This document shows, piece after piece, positions 1 through 10,800 of a stretch of 64,000 nt of DNA (positions within the stretch are counted from its first letter, which is position 1; every line of letters begins with the position of its first letter). The stretch covers positions 1 to 64,000 of the forward strand of contig JBEKIG010000001.1 in NCBI GenBank assembly GCA_050011875.1, read 5' to 3'. The notes under the pieces are model-generated. The model worked only from the letters and a program-made list of their open reading frames with translations. It was not told the DNA's origin and ran no database searches. The position numbers and the translations under genes were made by a program. Source of the DNA: Nitrososphaeria archaeon. GTDB lineage: Archaea; Thermoproteota; Nitrososphaeria; JACIWG01.

Positions 1-1436
1 CAATTCTTTGGAGCGTAGCCACCAACCTTACAGCCCCAACTCTCCAGTAGACTTCCAGAAGACCTGTTGGAGGCAAGGATAACACCATCTTGACTTAAAC
101 GAAGTATTGGACTGGGGTTATCATCAGAGAACTTCGCTAGGCTTCTGATCTCCTCCTCCATCCTCCTCTTATCAGATAAATCTGTGACAAAAGCTAAGAC
201 GCCAGCGAAAATTCCTTTCTCATCTAAAATAGGCGAGACGGTAACATTAGTATAGATCTTTTTTCTATCCTTCCTAATGTATTCGAGTTCATAGCTTTCA
301 CTAATACCTATTTTACGCCATGCCAATTTATTTTTTGCAATTACTATACTCTTCTTGTCCATGAACTCATATATTGAGCGACCAAACATTTCCTCTATAG
401 TGTACCCTAACATTTCTGCTGCACAAGGGTTAACGAATGCTACCTTCATGTCAGTATCTATTGCCCAAATACCTTCGTGCGCATTTTCTACAAGCAGCCG
501 ATATTTTACCTCACTCTGACTTAAATCCTCCTCCATCTTCTTTTTCTCAGATACATCTCTAAAGATGCCTTGAAAAAGCAACCTATTGTTAACTAAAACG
601 GGAAAAGCAGATAGGTCGACAAATTTAACCTTTCCAGACTTGGTTATAACTTCTTGATCGGCCATCATGAATCCGCCTTTCATAACACTTCTAAATAGGC
701 CCAAATAATATTCTGCCTTTTCTGGCGAAAGAACTCTCGTTAGAGGATGGTCGACGATTTCATGTCTTTCCTTTTCTAGGAGCAACTCCGCTGCCCTATT
801 GCAATTTACGATTAATCCAGTTTGAGGATCAGTCCACATGACCGCCTCATGGAAATTCTCGATGGTGAAATTGAGCCTTTCCTCATTCTCCTTAAGAGTC
901 CGCTCTATTTTCACATCCTTTAAATGGTGGTCCACAATGTTCAGAATAGCGGAAATACTGTCTCCCAAAATCTGAACCTCTGGAATAGAACTGGGGTCGA
1001 GACCAACAGAGGAGACCAATAGTGCACCCATGACCTTTGATTGCGAAGTAAGAGGTACAACAATCGAATTGCCTAGATCTAAACTGCGCGTATCATTATA
1101 GATTTCAGGAAATATTTCTTTTAGGATGGGATATGTATCATCGTATACTGTTTCTTTTCCCATTAGAACCCTGCAAAATATATTGTTTTCCATTACTGCG
1201 AAGGTCGTCCCTTCAAGCTGTTGCTTCCGATCCTCCCATCTGCTAAGTTGAGTCGAGAATTGTTCCACCCTCAGATTGTTTGCTTCAGGAAGGTAAGAGA
1301 ATATGATTGTAGCATATCCCCTTGGCTTTGAAAAGATGTCTTTGAAGAGTTTGAAGGTTTCAGCCTTTTCCTTAATGGAAAAGATCTTTAAAAGCAATTC
1401 TTCATTTAAAAAGTCAATAGGGATCAAATTAATCAT
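1..1436 (-). CDS. GAF + multi-PAS sensor protein (probable histidine kinase), runs off the window edge
   Basis: Manual translation from ATG at 1436 (MINLIPIDFLNEELL...). PAS signatures EVKYRLLVENAHEGIWAIDTDMKVAFVNPCAAEMLGYTIEEMFG and NPSPILRLSQDG. Absent from the ORF track because there is no stop codon in the window. Confidence 0.8.
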   Translation of the reverse strand, partial: MINLIPIDFLNEELLLKIFSIKEKAETFKLFKDIFSKPRGYATIIFSYLPEANNLRVEQFSTQLSRWEDRKQQLEGTTFAVMENNIFCRVLMGKETVYDDTYPILKEIFPEIYNDTRSLDLGNSIVVPLTSQSKVMGALLVSSVGLDPSSIPEVQILGDSISAILNIVDHHLKDVKIERTLKENEERLNFTIENFHEAVMWTDPQTGLIVNCNRAAELLLEKERHEIVDHPLTRVLSPEKAEYYLGLFRSVMKGGFMMADQEVITKSGKVKFVDLSAFPVLVNNRLLFQGIFRDVSEKKKMEEDLSQSEVKYRLLVENAHEGIWAIDTDMKVAFVNPCAAEMLGYTIEEMFGRSIYEFMDKKSIVIAKNKLAWRKIGISESYELEYIRKDRKKIYTNVTVSPILDEKGIFAGVLAFVTDLSDKRRMEEEIRSLAKFSDDNPSPILRLSQDGVILASNRSSGSLLESWGCKVGGYAPKN

Positions 1437-1723
1437 ACTTACTCTTTAGAGAGCTACTTTAGTTCCATTATTAATACAACGAATATATAAAGCTTAAAAG
1501 TATCTACATCAAAAAGCATATGCAACGCTTTATGGAACCTTTCCAAGTTATTGAGAATTTTTTTCTTTAGTCAAACCGTGTTCCGATTCGAGATAGTAAT
1601 AACTAGAATTTTTCATCTAGTATTAAGACGGCTTCGTCAATAGCTTCTTGTATCAATATAAAATTGTTGGCTTTTAGAGTAGACCATAGCTTATCCTTGT
1701 TCTCATTATTACTCACAAGATTG

Positions 1724-1756
1724 AGGTATCTGCACTTAATTAAGGTCAGAAACCCC
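1724..1756. repeat. 33-bp sequence, exact reverse complement of 52663-52695
   Basis: AGGTATCTGCACTTAATTAAGGTCAGAAACCCC vs GGGGTTTCTGACCTTAATTAAGTGCAGATACCT. Confidence 0.95.
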
Positions 1757-1875
1757 CAGGCCTGCAATTATAGCGGTCTTTAAATGATGATCTAAAAAAT
1801 AGTTTATCTTACCCTAAAAGAGCGAACGAGATAGGAATCGTAGAATCTTGGCTAAGCTGTTTGTTTCTGAGGAAA

Positions 1876-2892
1876 TTATTGGAGGTTAAAGTAGAATTCT
1901 CTTGGGCACAATTCTCTGTAAGCGTCCGTCAGAGATACAATATGTCTTCTTATATCCAAACAGAGATGGCATTTAGAGATGTAGCCGTCTTTTATTTCTT
2001 TGTAGCCGAATTCTTTAACCCCGAAATCGTACAACTTCCTAAGGTTTGTAGCTAGCATACCAAGAATAGGGTACTCTTCAAAATCTATGCCATTAAATAT
2101 CGACTTTGCCCCAATTGCATCGCCTAAAGAGATGCCACCGCAGTAGCCAGCTATGTAGTTGCAATAGTTGTCTATGTGAACGTGCCAGTTACGTGTCAAG
2201 CTCTCTATACAAGATTCTTTAAAGAATTTTTCTGCCGGAAACTTCCTGTAAAGGTTAGCAAATTTGTATACGGCTCTACCCATAGGTATGAGCTCGATGT
2301 AGCTCAAGCTTTCGATGCCGACTTTTTGCAGATACTCTTCAAAAGACATTTTTTCTTCAACGCTGATTCCTTTGAACTGGGTATAGAAGTTGTCTTGGTA
2401 AACCATCATGTTCTTTCCAAAAATTTCGCTGCCAACCCTGATCGCATTTTCTGTCCTTTTAAAGGACACGTTCTCAAGTATGAATGGGTTCACGCTGATA
2501 AGAATACCTTTTAGCCCCGAGTTCTTTAATGCGAGCATCCTATCTTTTGCTGTCTCCTCGCTGACGCACCAGAAGGAGTTGGTTTCTACAAAGGTCGATG
2601 GAATGTTGAGGTCATTCGCTATTTTAACAGCTTCGAGTAGAAGGTCGAAGTTAAGAAATGGCTCTCCACCTGTAAAGTGTAAGCCATAGTTCAAGCCTAC
2701 TCTGTCGGGGCCGAATGGGCTCGGCGAAATATCGTTGGAAAAAAGTGTCAGAATCTTCTCTAAATCCTTTATTGGTATCCAATCAGCCGCCCATTTGGGC
2801 GAACACGCGTACATGCAATGTCTACATTCGCTATTGCACTTGTAAGAAAGTATTACGCCGACAGAAACAGGCCTAGGTATATAAAGTTCCAT
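1876..2892 (-). CDS. Radical SAM protein
   Basis: CxxxCxxC motif (CNSECRHC), GGEP motif, C-terminal CHLC. Confidence 0.9.
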   Translation of the reverse strand: MELYIPRPVSVGVILSYKCNSECRHCMYACSPKWAADWIPIKDLEKILTLFSNDISPSPFGPDRVGLNYGLHFTGGEPFLNFDLLLEAVKIANDLNIPSTFVETNSFWCVSEETAKDRMLALKNSGLKGILISVNPFILENVSFKRTENAIRVGSEIFGKNMMVYQDNFYTQFKGISVEEKMSFEEYLQKVGIESLSYIELIPMGRAVYKFANLYRKFPAEKFFKESCIESLTRNWHVHIDNYCNYIAGYCGGISLGDAIGAKSIFNGIDFEEYPILGMLATNLRKLYDFGVKEFGYKEIKDGYISKCHLCLDIRRHIVSLTDAYRELCPREFYFNLQ

Positions 2893-3081
2893 TTAAAGCG
2901 CCTTATGTACACCCAAACATTAAACTGACCCGATAGATACTTCCACATGCCATAATCGTTGGAGCATCCCACGCTTTTTCATTTTCTATACTTGTCTGCA
3001 ATAGTAAAAACACTATTTATATCATATATTAGCTTTATTCTATACAGATGAAAGTTAGGCCGAGCACGGAGTGCTTCGAGC

Positions 3082-3111
3082 TTACCCCATCGTTACAAGA
3101 TGATGGGGTAA
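3082..3111. other. Strong 12-bp stem-loop
   Basis: TTACCCCATCGT-TACAAG-ATGATGGGGTAA (one G-T pair), preceded by a small GAGCAC-GGA-GTGCTT hairpin. Confidence 0.7.
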
Positions 3112-3301
3112 ACTGCCAAGTAAAGATCCTCCTAAAACGGAAGAGACTTAATAATGGCTTTGACCAAAATACTAAAGATGCGATATGAAAATTAGAATAA
3201 GCCCAATCCTGAAAATTCTTTTGTTTTACAATTAACATGACATACTTCGTTAGAGACTTTTATGTGAAATATTATTCGTAAATCTTAGCTTGATTGTGAA
3301 T

Positions 3302-3730
3302 TTATTTCGAGGGCGTTATGGGCATTAAGCCGAGCTGTTGATATAAGGTGAGTGCGTTATAGTAATCGGTCTCCCGGTTGATTTTACCCCTGTAAACTTC
3401 GATTATTGATACACCTCTGACCGAAAAGCGTTTTCCGGTCGCCCGTATCGATGGATTACTGCTGCGGGCTCGAGTACCTGTCATCGTCCATTCCCAAGCC
3501 ACCCAATTGCCAGCGTTAAACAGCAACTTCGACTCGCATCGAAGGTCAGGAGTATCAAAAAACGTCCTTTTAAATAAGGCAGCTAACTCCTCCTTTCCGT
3601 GGCAGACTACACCAAGACCCAAATCCTCTAAAACACATTCATCTGTATAGAACGAGACCGCCTTATCCACATCATGTAAATTCCATACGGCATCAAAATC
3701 TTTCAGTATCTTTTCTATATCATTTACCAT
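3302..3730 (-). CDS. SnoaL-like ester cyclase / NTF2-fold protein
   Basis: WNLHDVD...YTDECVLED, WEWTMTGT...ATGKRFSVRGVSII...GKINRETDYY pattern. Confidence 0.85.
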   Translation of the reverse strand: MVNDIEKILKDFDAVWNLHDVDKAVSFYTDECVLEDLGLGVVCHGKEELAALFKRTFFDTPDLRCESKLLFNAGNWVAWEWTMTGTRARSSNPSIRATGKRFSVRGVSIIEVYRGKINRETDYYNALTLYQQLGLMPITPSK

Positions 3731-3915
3731 CTTTAGGCCTCAAATTTACGATTCCCTAAAGGTAACTAATAAAGGTAGCTTGGAAAGCTTTTCTTTTCTC
3801 CAGCATCTATCAATGCACATTACTTGAATACATATTAATTATCAAGAATTAATAATCTTTGCCTTACGATCCAGGCAAGACGTACTTTTTATCATACGGT
3901 TTAGGTATGTCTCCT

Positions 3916-4010
3916 TTGGTCATCAAGTTCTAAATATTTCAAATTCTCTTTTCCTCTTTCATGGATGCTCTAACACATGAGAGCACTTATTATTTTATCC
4001 TTATATAGCT
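3916..4010 (-). repeat. Copy 1 of a ~95-bp direct repeat (promoter plus dead gene start, or small RNA)
   Basis: Collinear with 6964-7060; 22-bp exact core TCATGGATGCTCTAACACATGA. Confidence 0.85.
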
Positions 4011-4118
4011 AATATAATTTATTACTTTTCAGCCTTATCTGGAACTAATTTTACAATCTTTACTTTGCACCCAACTCTTTTCTAATTTTTATAAAGTAGT
4101 TAAACCTTAATTATTATT

Positions 4119-4391
4119 ATGCCTGAAGGGAATATTCCTCCAAAGCTTGAAGGTTTAAAGATCACAAATTGGTACAAATACGTGGCTTATGTTGCTGGCG
4201 TTATTCTTATTCTTTCTTTCTTTTTACCTTCTCAGATAGCGACATCCAAACTTCTTAACTTTTCTGTAGTCAGCATTGGAATTGCACTATTTCCAGTGCT
4301 AGGAATCTTGGCATATGCTGGTCTATTCTACTTAATCAAAGACAAACTAAAGAGAGCACGCGCTAATTTAATTACGCATGCGTCTTCTTGA
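4119..4391 (+). CDS. Small membrane protein
   Basis: Two to three hydrophobic segments; TTTATAAA box upstream. Confidence 0.55.
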   Translation: MPEGNIPPKLEGLKITNWYKYVAYVAGVILILSFFLPSQIATSKLLNFSVVSIGIALFPVLGILAYAGLFYLIKDKLKRARANLITHASS

Positions 4392-4402
4392 TTTGTTGTT
4401 AG

Positions 4403-4696
4403 CTAGTATCGAAGTTTTTGCAATTCTTCGAAGAGCTTGGGCAGAAGCTCAAAAGAAACTATAGGCTGTATGTCCGGTTTGGCAACATCGAAGAGGGGTG
4501 CAAACCATTTCCACAAATCTTCAGCGGTTTCCGCCTCGATCAGGAAGAATACTTTTCTATCAGGCATTACTCCAGAGGCCTGAACCTTTCCTGTCTGCAT
4601 TATTTTTTGTATCGCGTCTGCAATCCTGTTTTGTACTCCAGCTATCTCAGAAAGAGAAATTGATTCCCTTAAAGTGAATGTTACATGAAATCTCAT
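4403..4696 (-). CDS. DUF3303 / muconolactone-isomerase-like small protein
   Basis: 97 aa, GKVQASG...VFFLIEAETAEDL...P pattern. Confidence 0.6.
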   Translation of the reverse strand: MRFHVTFTLRESISLSEIAGVQNRIADAIQKIMQTGKVQASGVMPDRKVFFLIEAETAEDLWKWFAPLFDVAKPDIQPIVSFELLPKLFEELQKLRY

Positions 4697-4971
4697 ACAT
4701 TTACTTCTCTTCCGTCTGTGTTATAAAAATATTTCCATCAACGCTTTAAAGAAAATAAAGTGAGTCCAGTTCTTGGGCTCCTAAGACGGGCAACGTTTTC
4801 CCTAAGCTGTCTATCGCCTTCTATGAATAAGAAGCCATAACAAGCAGAGGTATGGCAGAGGGAAACGTTCCCTGCATATAGCTTCCAAAAGCCTTCACTA
4901 CCGCTCCAACTGGAGTCATTTGACAAAAATTCTAACTGTATGGTTCCGCGAATAATATGGCACTATGCGGG

Positions 4972-5187
4972 CTAACTTGGTCCAGTCCGCAGTTGACAGT
5001 GGTGGGTATTAGGGTCAACCCTTGTGTCTAGTATGTTGAATATTGACCACTTATGACAGTTTGGGCACTCCATGTATCTTGATTTTCCGAGTCTTAGTGA
5101 AAGGATTGAGGCAGTTGGAACCCATTCATAATCGAACTCTGCTCCACATTTCTTACACTTCAGATGCGACACCTGAATCAAGCGCAT
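4972..5187 (-). CDS. Small zinc-ribbon protein
   Basis: CKKC and CPNC pairs, ASILSLRLGKSRYMECP; ATG at 5187 preferred over the track start. Confidence 0.7.
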   Translation of the reverse strand: MRLIQVSHLKCKKCGAEFDYEWVPTASILSLRLGKSRYMECPNCHKWSIFNILDTRVDPNTHHCQLRTGPS

Positions 5188-5479
5188 GAGACCGAATGGA
5201 TTGTTGGAGGTATTTATACGTATTACCAACTCGCACTGTGGACGAAAGTTAATAATATTACAGTAAAGATTTAGGTCTAAGTGTATTAATCTGTAATTAA
5301 TTATAAAACTGAGAGATTGGATTGATTTTAAATTAACTAAAAGAAAGTACTATCTATACGTTAAAGAATTTTAAGTATAGAAAAAGAAAAAGAAATTGGA
5401 ATCCAGAAATCAGACCTGTATGAGCACCAATCCCCCCTAGGCCCGCTAGTATAACGGTATTTACAGGCATCGTGCGTGC

Positions 5480-5914
5480 TCACCTCTTAGATTTTACCCT
5501 TTCCCAAATCAAGTGCGCACTCTGCATTTTACTGTAGACTAACATTGGTGCGGTGCTAAGAGTGAGTCTATCGCCTTCAAACTTGTAGAACCGTTCCTGC
5601 CGGCTTCCCACCCAGTTTGGGAAAAAACTAGCTTCCACTCTGTGAACAACTAAATCCTCTGATACTTCAAAACTTCCACAATAGCTTATGAATGTGTCTG
5701 CTGCAGCTATCTTCTCATCTGCTGTGCCACCCATCATGTCCGCAGAACCAAACTTTATTCTCCTCTTTGGAGCTAAAAAAGCAGCCATATAGCCATCAGG
5801 ATTGTATATGATGTAACCGATAGCATCTTCACCGAACGGGTAACTCACCTTATCACCAAGTTCTAGCTTATAAGATACCAGTTTCCAGGTTCCGATAAAT
5901 TTCTCAAAACTCAT
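5480..5914 (-). CDS. Lipocalin-like domain protein (Lipocalin_5 type)
   Basis: FIGTWKLVS...PFGEDAIGYIIYNPDGYM...SYCG...PNWVGSRQER; start trimmed to MSFEKF. Confidence 0.85.
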   Translation of the reverse strand: MSFEKFIGTWKLVSYKLELGDKVSYPFGEDAIGYIIYNPDGYMAAFLAPKRRIKFGSADMMGGTADEKIAAADTFISYCGSFEVSEDLVVHRVEASFFPNWVGSRQERFYKFEGDRLTLSTAPMLVYSKMQSAHLIWERVKSKR

Positions 5915-6069
5915 AGTTTTAGTTAACCAAAAGGACATATATGTGTTTTCTATATACAAATGCAGGTAATTTTGAACCCATTTAGGTATAAAGCCCATGT
6001 CATGTTATCAATATTCTGATTTCACGTTATTAAATTCCTGACAACTTATTCATTATGTGGCAGTAGATT

Positions 6070-6426
6070 CTAGTCTTCTGCTTCATTCTTCTTCATTCGG
6101 GCTTTCATCAGCTTCTTTATCAACGGAACCGGAATTTTTCTGTCCAATGGGAGGTGGACGGATGATTTAGTAGTCTCGTAACCAGCTAGTTCATTCTTGT
6201 GTTCCTCGATAACCGGAGGACGTAGGTAGAGTCCAATGTGCGCTTTCTGAAGACCGAACCAAAGCAACCGCCCTTTGTAGCTATAGTAAGGCATTCTGTA
6301 ACTGATACTTTCGTGGGCAGTCGGTGCCGCTTCCCTGATTGCTGCTCGAACCTCTCTCAGTTTAACTTGCACTTCTTTGGGGGCTGCCGATATGTATTCG
6401 TCTACATTCTTCGCTGCTTTATTCAT
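6070..6426 (-). CDS. DUF1801 (YdhG-like) protein
   Basis: VDEYI...ESISYRMPYY...HIGLY motif. Confidence 0.85.
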   Translation of the reverse strand: MNKAAKNVDEYISAAPKEVQVKLREVRAAIREAAPTAHESISYRMPYYSYKGRLLWFGLQKAHIGLYLRPPVIEEHKNELAGYETTKSSVHLPLDRKIPVPLIKKLMKARMKKNEAED

Positions 6427-6963
6427 AACCGGAGTACAGGCTTAAGATTCCTTTAACCCTTTTTGCAAAGATCCTTGCCGACGATCACTGTCACCGTCAT
6501 ACCTGTCACCTTGGATACAATGTTATAGGCGACATAGGAGAGTAATAGTTGATCATATCGCCTTAGGGTGGAGGGGTAAGAATGTCCAAGTTTGAAGAAA
6601 AATGGGTTAGAGAACAGAGGCAGTTAAGAAACTTTGACATAATTACGGATTAAGCGAAAGAAGCACAATTGGTGAAATGTCGTAAGTGGTTTATGATGTG
6701 GAACAATATCGAACTTATCGGTCAATGTGATATAAGTTCTTGCTGAAACCTAACTTACACAGGGTTTTTCGCCAAAAATTAGCACAGACAAAAAATCATT
6801 TAGTTATGTGGAATTTCTATTTTAATGATTAATAAGGACGAAGGCTATTATGATGACGACAGACAAGGATACTTAAGTTAGTTGACCCCAAGCCCTTTTC
6901 TGTGAGTTCTTTAATTACCTTATCCATTTTTCCACCTTTATTTTTTGGTCAATTTGACTAATA

Positions 6964-7060
6964 TTGGTCATTTAATTCTGAACGTCTCATTTTCTCTTTC
7001 CCTCTCTCATGGATGCTCTAACACATGAAAGCATTTTTTAACCAATCTTTATATATAGCT
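6964..7060 (-). repeat. Copy 2 of the ~95-bp direct repeat
   Basis: Matches 3916-4010 at an offset of about 3048 bp. Confidence 0.85.
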
Positions 7061-7083
7061 TAATAAACTTTACTTACATTTTT

Positions 7084-7767
7084 TCAGATTCCTTTGAACA
7101 ACCTTGCCGCAAACACTGTCGGAAGCCCTGCCTGAACAATCTTTCTCGCCGAAAGCTCACGATCGTAGTCTAATTCGAAGATTTTAACGCCCAAAGTTTC
7201 TAGGTCAAGATTACAGTATCTTGCTAAAGGGTTACCATCCCTAGGTTGCCCAACGCTACCTGGATTAAAAATGACCTTATCGAGTTTGCTATAAACGTAG
7301 GGGACGTGTAAGTGGCCTAATCCTATGACAGATTCCTCGAATTCTGTAGCATATGAAAGAAATTTGAATGGATCTGTTTCTGGATGAATATAGTCGCCGA
7401 ATATCGGATCTTCCGGCAAAGCGTGGGCAAGCATGATTTTCCTATTTTCTTTTTTGAAGCGTAATATTTTTGGAAGAGAGGAAAGAAAATCCAAGTTTTC
7501 CTTAGTAATCATCTTTCTCGTCCATTTAATAGCACTAATAGCTCTTGGATTGAAAGACGATATGTTACCTGACTCAACGGCGTAATCATGGTTACCGATA
7601 ATCGATTTAATGTTACTTGAACGAATGATGTCCACGACTTCGTTGGGGTTCGCTCCATATCCAACAAGATCACCTAAACAGTATATGGTCGAACCTTTCA
7701 CGACTTCCAGTACAGCTTCTAAAGCTTCTAAGTTGCTATGTATGTCTGCAATGAAAGTAATTTCCAA
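7084..7767 (-). CDS. Calcineurin-like metallophosphoesterase
   Basis: DIHSN, GDLVGYG, GNHD, GHLH and NPGSVGQPRD motifs. Confidence 0.9.
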   Translation of the reverse strand: MEITFIADIHSNLEALEAVLEVVKGSTIYCLGDLVGYGANPNEVVDIIRSSNIKSIIGNHDYAVESGNISSFNPRAISAIKWTRKMITKENLDFLSSLPKILRFKKENRKIMLAHALPEDPIFGDYIHPETDPFKFLSYATEFEESVIGLGHLHVPYVYSKLDKVIFNPGSVGQPRDGNPLARYCNLDLETLGVKIFELDYDRELSARKIVQAGLPTVFAARLFKGI

Positions 7768-7885
7768 TCAGCTCAACCACTTGTATATAGTTACATTTAT
7801 TTATTTGTTAAAAATATAAAAATTCAATAACGCGTTTTCTTTAACATTTGGGGTGCGGATGAATCTGCTAGAGTAGGAAACAGAA

Positions 7886-10800
7886 ATGTTAGAAGCTAGC
7901 TATCAACCTAAAGAAATGGAAGAACAGATAAGAATCTACTGGGAAAGCCATCAAATACGTAAAAGGGTCGAAAAAAGAGACGACCAAAAAAAAACTGTGG
8001 GATATGTCGAAGGACCTCCAACATTGAATGGAGAACCACATATTGGACATATCAGAGGGCGCTTCTATAAAGATCTCTGGTTTCGGTATGCAACTCTTTC
8101 TGGAAAAAATGTCATCTTTAGAGGGGGATGGGACACCCAAGGTCTGCCAGTTGAGCTGCAGGCCGCAAAAGAACTTGGGATAGCAGGGGGCAAACAGGAG
8201 ATCATAAACTTTGGAATGGAAAAGCTGATCATGAAAGCTAAGGAAATGATAAAGAAATACTATTTGTCATGGATTACTTCAGACAGACTTCTTGGAGTGA
8301 TGATGGATCATGATAAAGATTATTGGACTTACAAAGACGAGTTCATAGAGAGAGAATGGCAGATCCTGAAGGCCGCTTGGGAGGAAGGGCTAATGGGGGA
8401 AAGTTACCGCGTCGTCGGATACTGCCCAAGCTGTCAAACCGCGTTAAGCCACAGCGAGGTAAGCTCTCAATATGAAATGCTGGAGGATCATTCCCTCTAT
8501 TACAAAGCAAAGCTAGAAGGTTATGGAAAAAGGTTTATCGTTCTCTGGACCACTATGCCCTTTACACTTATAACGGATGAAATGGTTGCCGTAAATCCGA
8601 GCGCAAAATATTCTATTGTTGAAGTAAATAATGAAGAATGGATCATTGCATCGAGCAGGCTCAATAATTTAATGAAAGAGTTGGGAATAGAAGTTTTTCA
8701 CACTGAAAAGGAAATAGACGGAGGCGACCTTAAGGGGGAGAAATACTACTACCCACTGTCAGAGGAGGTCCCTAAGCAGGTTGAAATGGAAGAGAAATGT
8801 AACACTCATGTTATAATTCTAGATGATTCGGTCGATATCAGTACGGGAACAGGGCTCGTGCACATGTCACCATCTAACGGAGAAGTAGATTTCGATATAG
8901 CTAAACGAGAAGGACTTCCGACATTTAACCCATTTGACGAATCAGCAAATTTTACTTCAGAAGCTGGAAAATATTCAGGAACCTTTGTTAGGGACGCAGA
9001 CGCAATCGTAATTGAAGACCTTAGAAAGAAGGGCCTTTTAGTCTTGGACTCAAAAATTGTTCATGAGTACCCTACCTGTTGGAGGTCACATCATCGCCTT
9101 GTCTGGCTGGCTAGGAGAGAGTATTTCTATTGGGTTGATAGGATAGGTGAAAGCGCACTTGAGGCTGCAGAAAATGTGGAGTACTTCTTTGATGCCCCAA
9201 AGCACAGATTCCTGAACATAATTAAGGAAATGAAGCCATGGTGTATATCAAGAGAAAGGGTGTGGGGTAATCCACTGCCGATATGGGCGTGCAGTGTGTG
9301 CGGGGAAAAGAACGCTCTCTTTAGCAGGAGGGAAATAATTGAGAATTCCTTAGAATTACCTGATGGGAAGAACTTTGAGCTTCACAGGCCCTGGATAGAT
9401 CGAATCGTGATAAAATGTAGAAAATGTGGTGGAAAAGCGTTCAGAGAGCCCTTTGTACTCGACACTTGGCATAATTCTGGATCATCTCAGTACGCTGCCT
9501 TCACAGATCAAGAATACGAAAAATATGTTCCGGTAGAATTTCTTACAGAAGGTATTGATCAAACAAGAGGGTGGGCTTACAGCCTCCTTATACTTAGTGT
9601 CATATTCAACAAGGCGCCTAAATCGGCATACAAATCATTCCTCTTCCAGGGACACATACTTGGTCCAGATGAAACAAAGATGTCAAAAAGTCTTGGTAAC
9701 ATCATAGATGGCAACAGGACGCTAACAGAGAATTCAGTTGATGCCATAAGATTCTACCTTGCCTGGAAAATATCTCCAATATCCACACTCGTATTTAACC
9801 CCAACGAAATCTCTGGGAGACCATTTCAAGTACTAAACACCCTATACCATCTACACATATATTTCCAGCAAAATGGAACCATCGACCACTTCGACGATAA
9901 AAAATATGGTATAGATTGGGCGCTAAATAAGGGTAAGATCAACTTTTTAGATAAATGGATACTTTCGAGAACTCAAAGAGCGGTTGATAAAACGCTTAAC
10001 GCCTACAGCAAGGCGGAATATAATGAGGCAGCAAGAGTTATCGAATGTTTCATAATAGAAGAGCTTAGTCAAAAGTATATTCCTTCGATTAGAAAAGAAC
10101 TCTGGACCGATGATCCTAAATCTGAGAACAGAAGGATGACGGTGTACGCTGTTTTATCATATTGCCTAAAAACACTAGATTTACTGCTGCATCCTATTTC
10201 ACCTTTCATTACAGAAAAACTGTACATCGAATGTTTTAGAGATAGAAGGGATTCGATTCTGATGGAAAACTTTCCAACAGTAAGAAGGGAGTTAGTGAAA
10301 GAAGAAATTGAAGAGACATTTCTTTTGATAGATAGAATGATCTCTGAAACAAATGCGTTGAGGATGAAGGCAAAGCTTAAAAGAAGATGGCCTGTCGGGA
10401 AGGTTGTCTTTGTATTAGAGAAAGAAGTTAAGTTATCTCAAGAAGAAGAGGACATGCTAAAAGACGCGATAAACGCAAAACAATTAGAAGTACTTGGCAA
10501 CATTGAAAAGGCACCTATTCAGGAAAATCTTAAGCCCAACATGCAGACTTTGGGAAGGAAACTGAAGAAAGACCTACCTAAACTGTTAGAGTATTTAGAT
10601 AAAGAAGACACGGTTAAGCTATCGAACAGGTTAAAGAAGGAAAAGGAAGTGGTCATATCGTTAGGTAGAAACGAAGTTAAATTAGAAGAAAATGACTTCC
10701 AATATGTTATTGAACCTAAGAGAGGGTTTGAATTCAAGGACGCAGCGGATATAAAGATTTTCATGGAGACAGAGAGAAACGGGGCCCTGATCAAGGAAGG

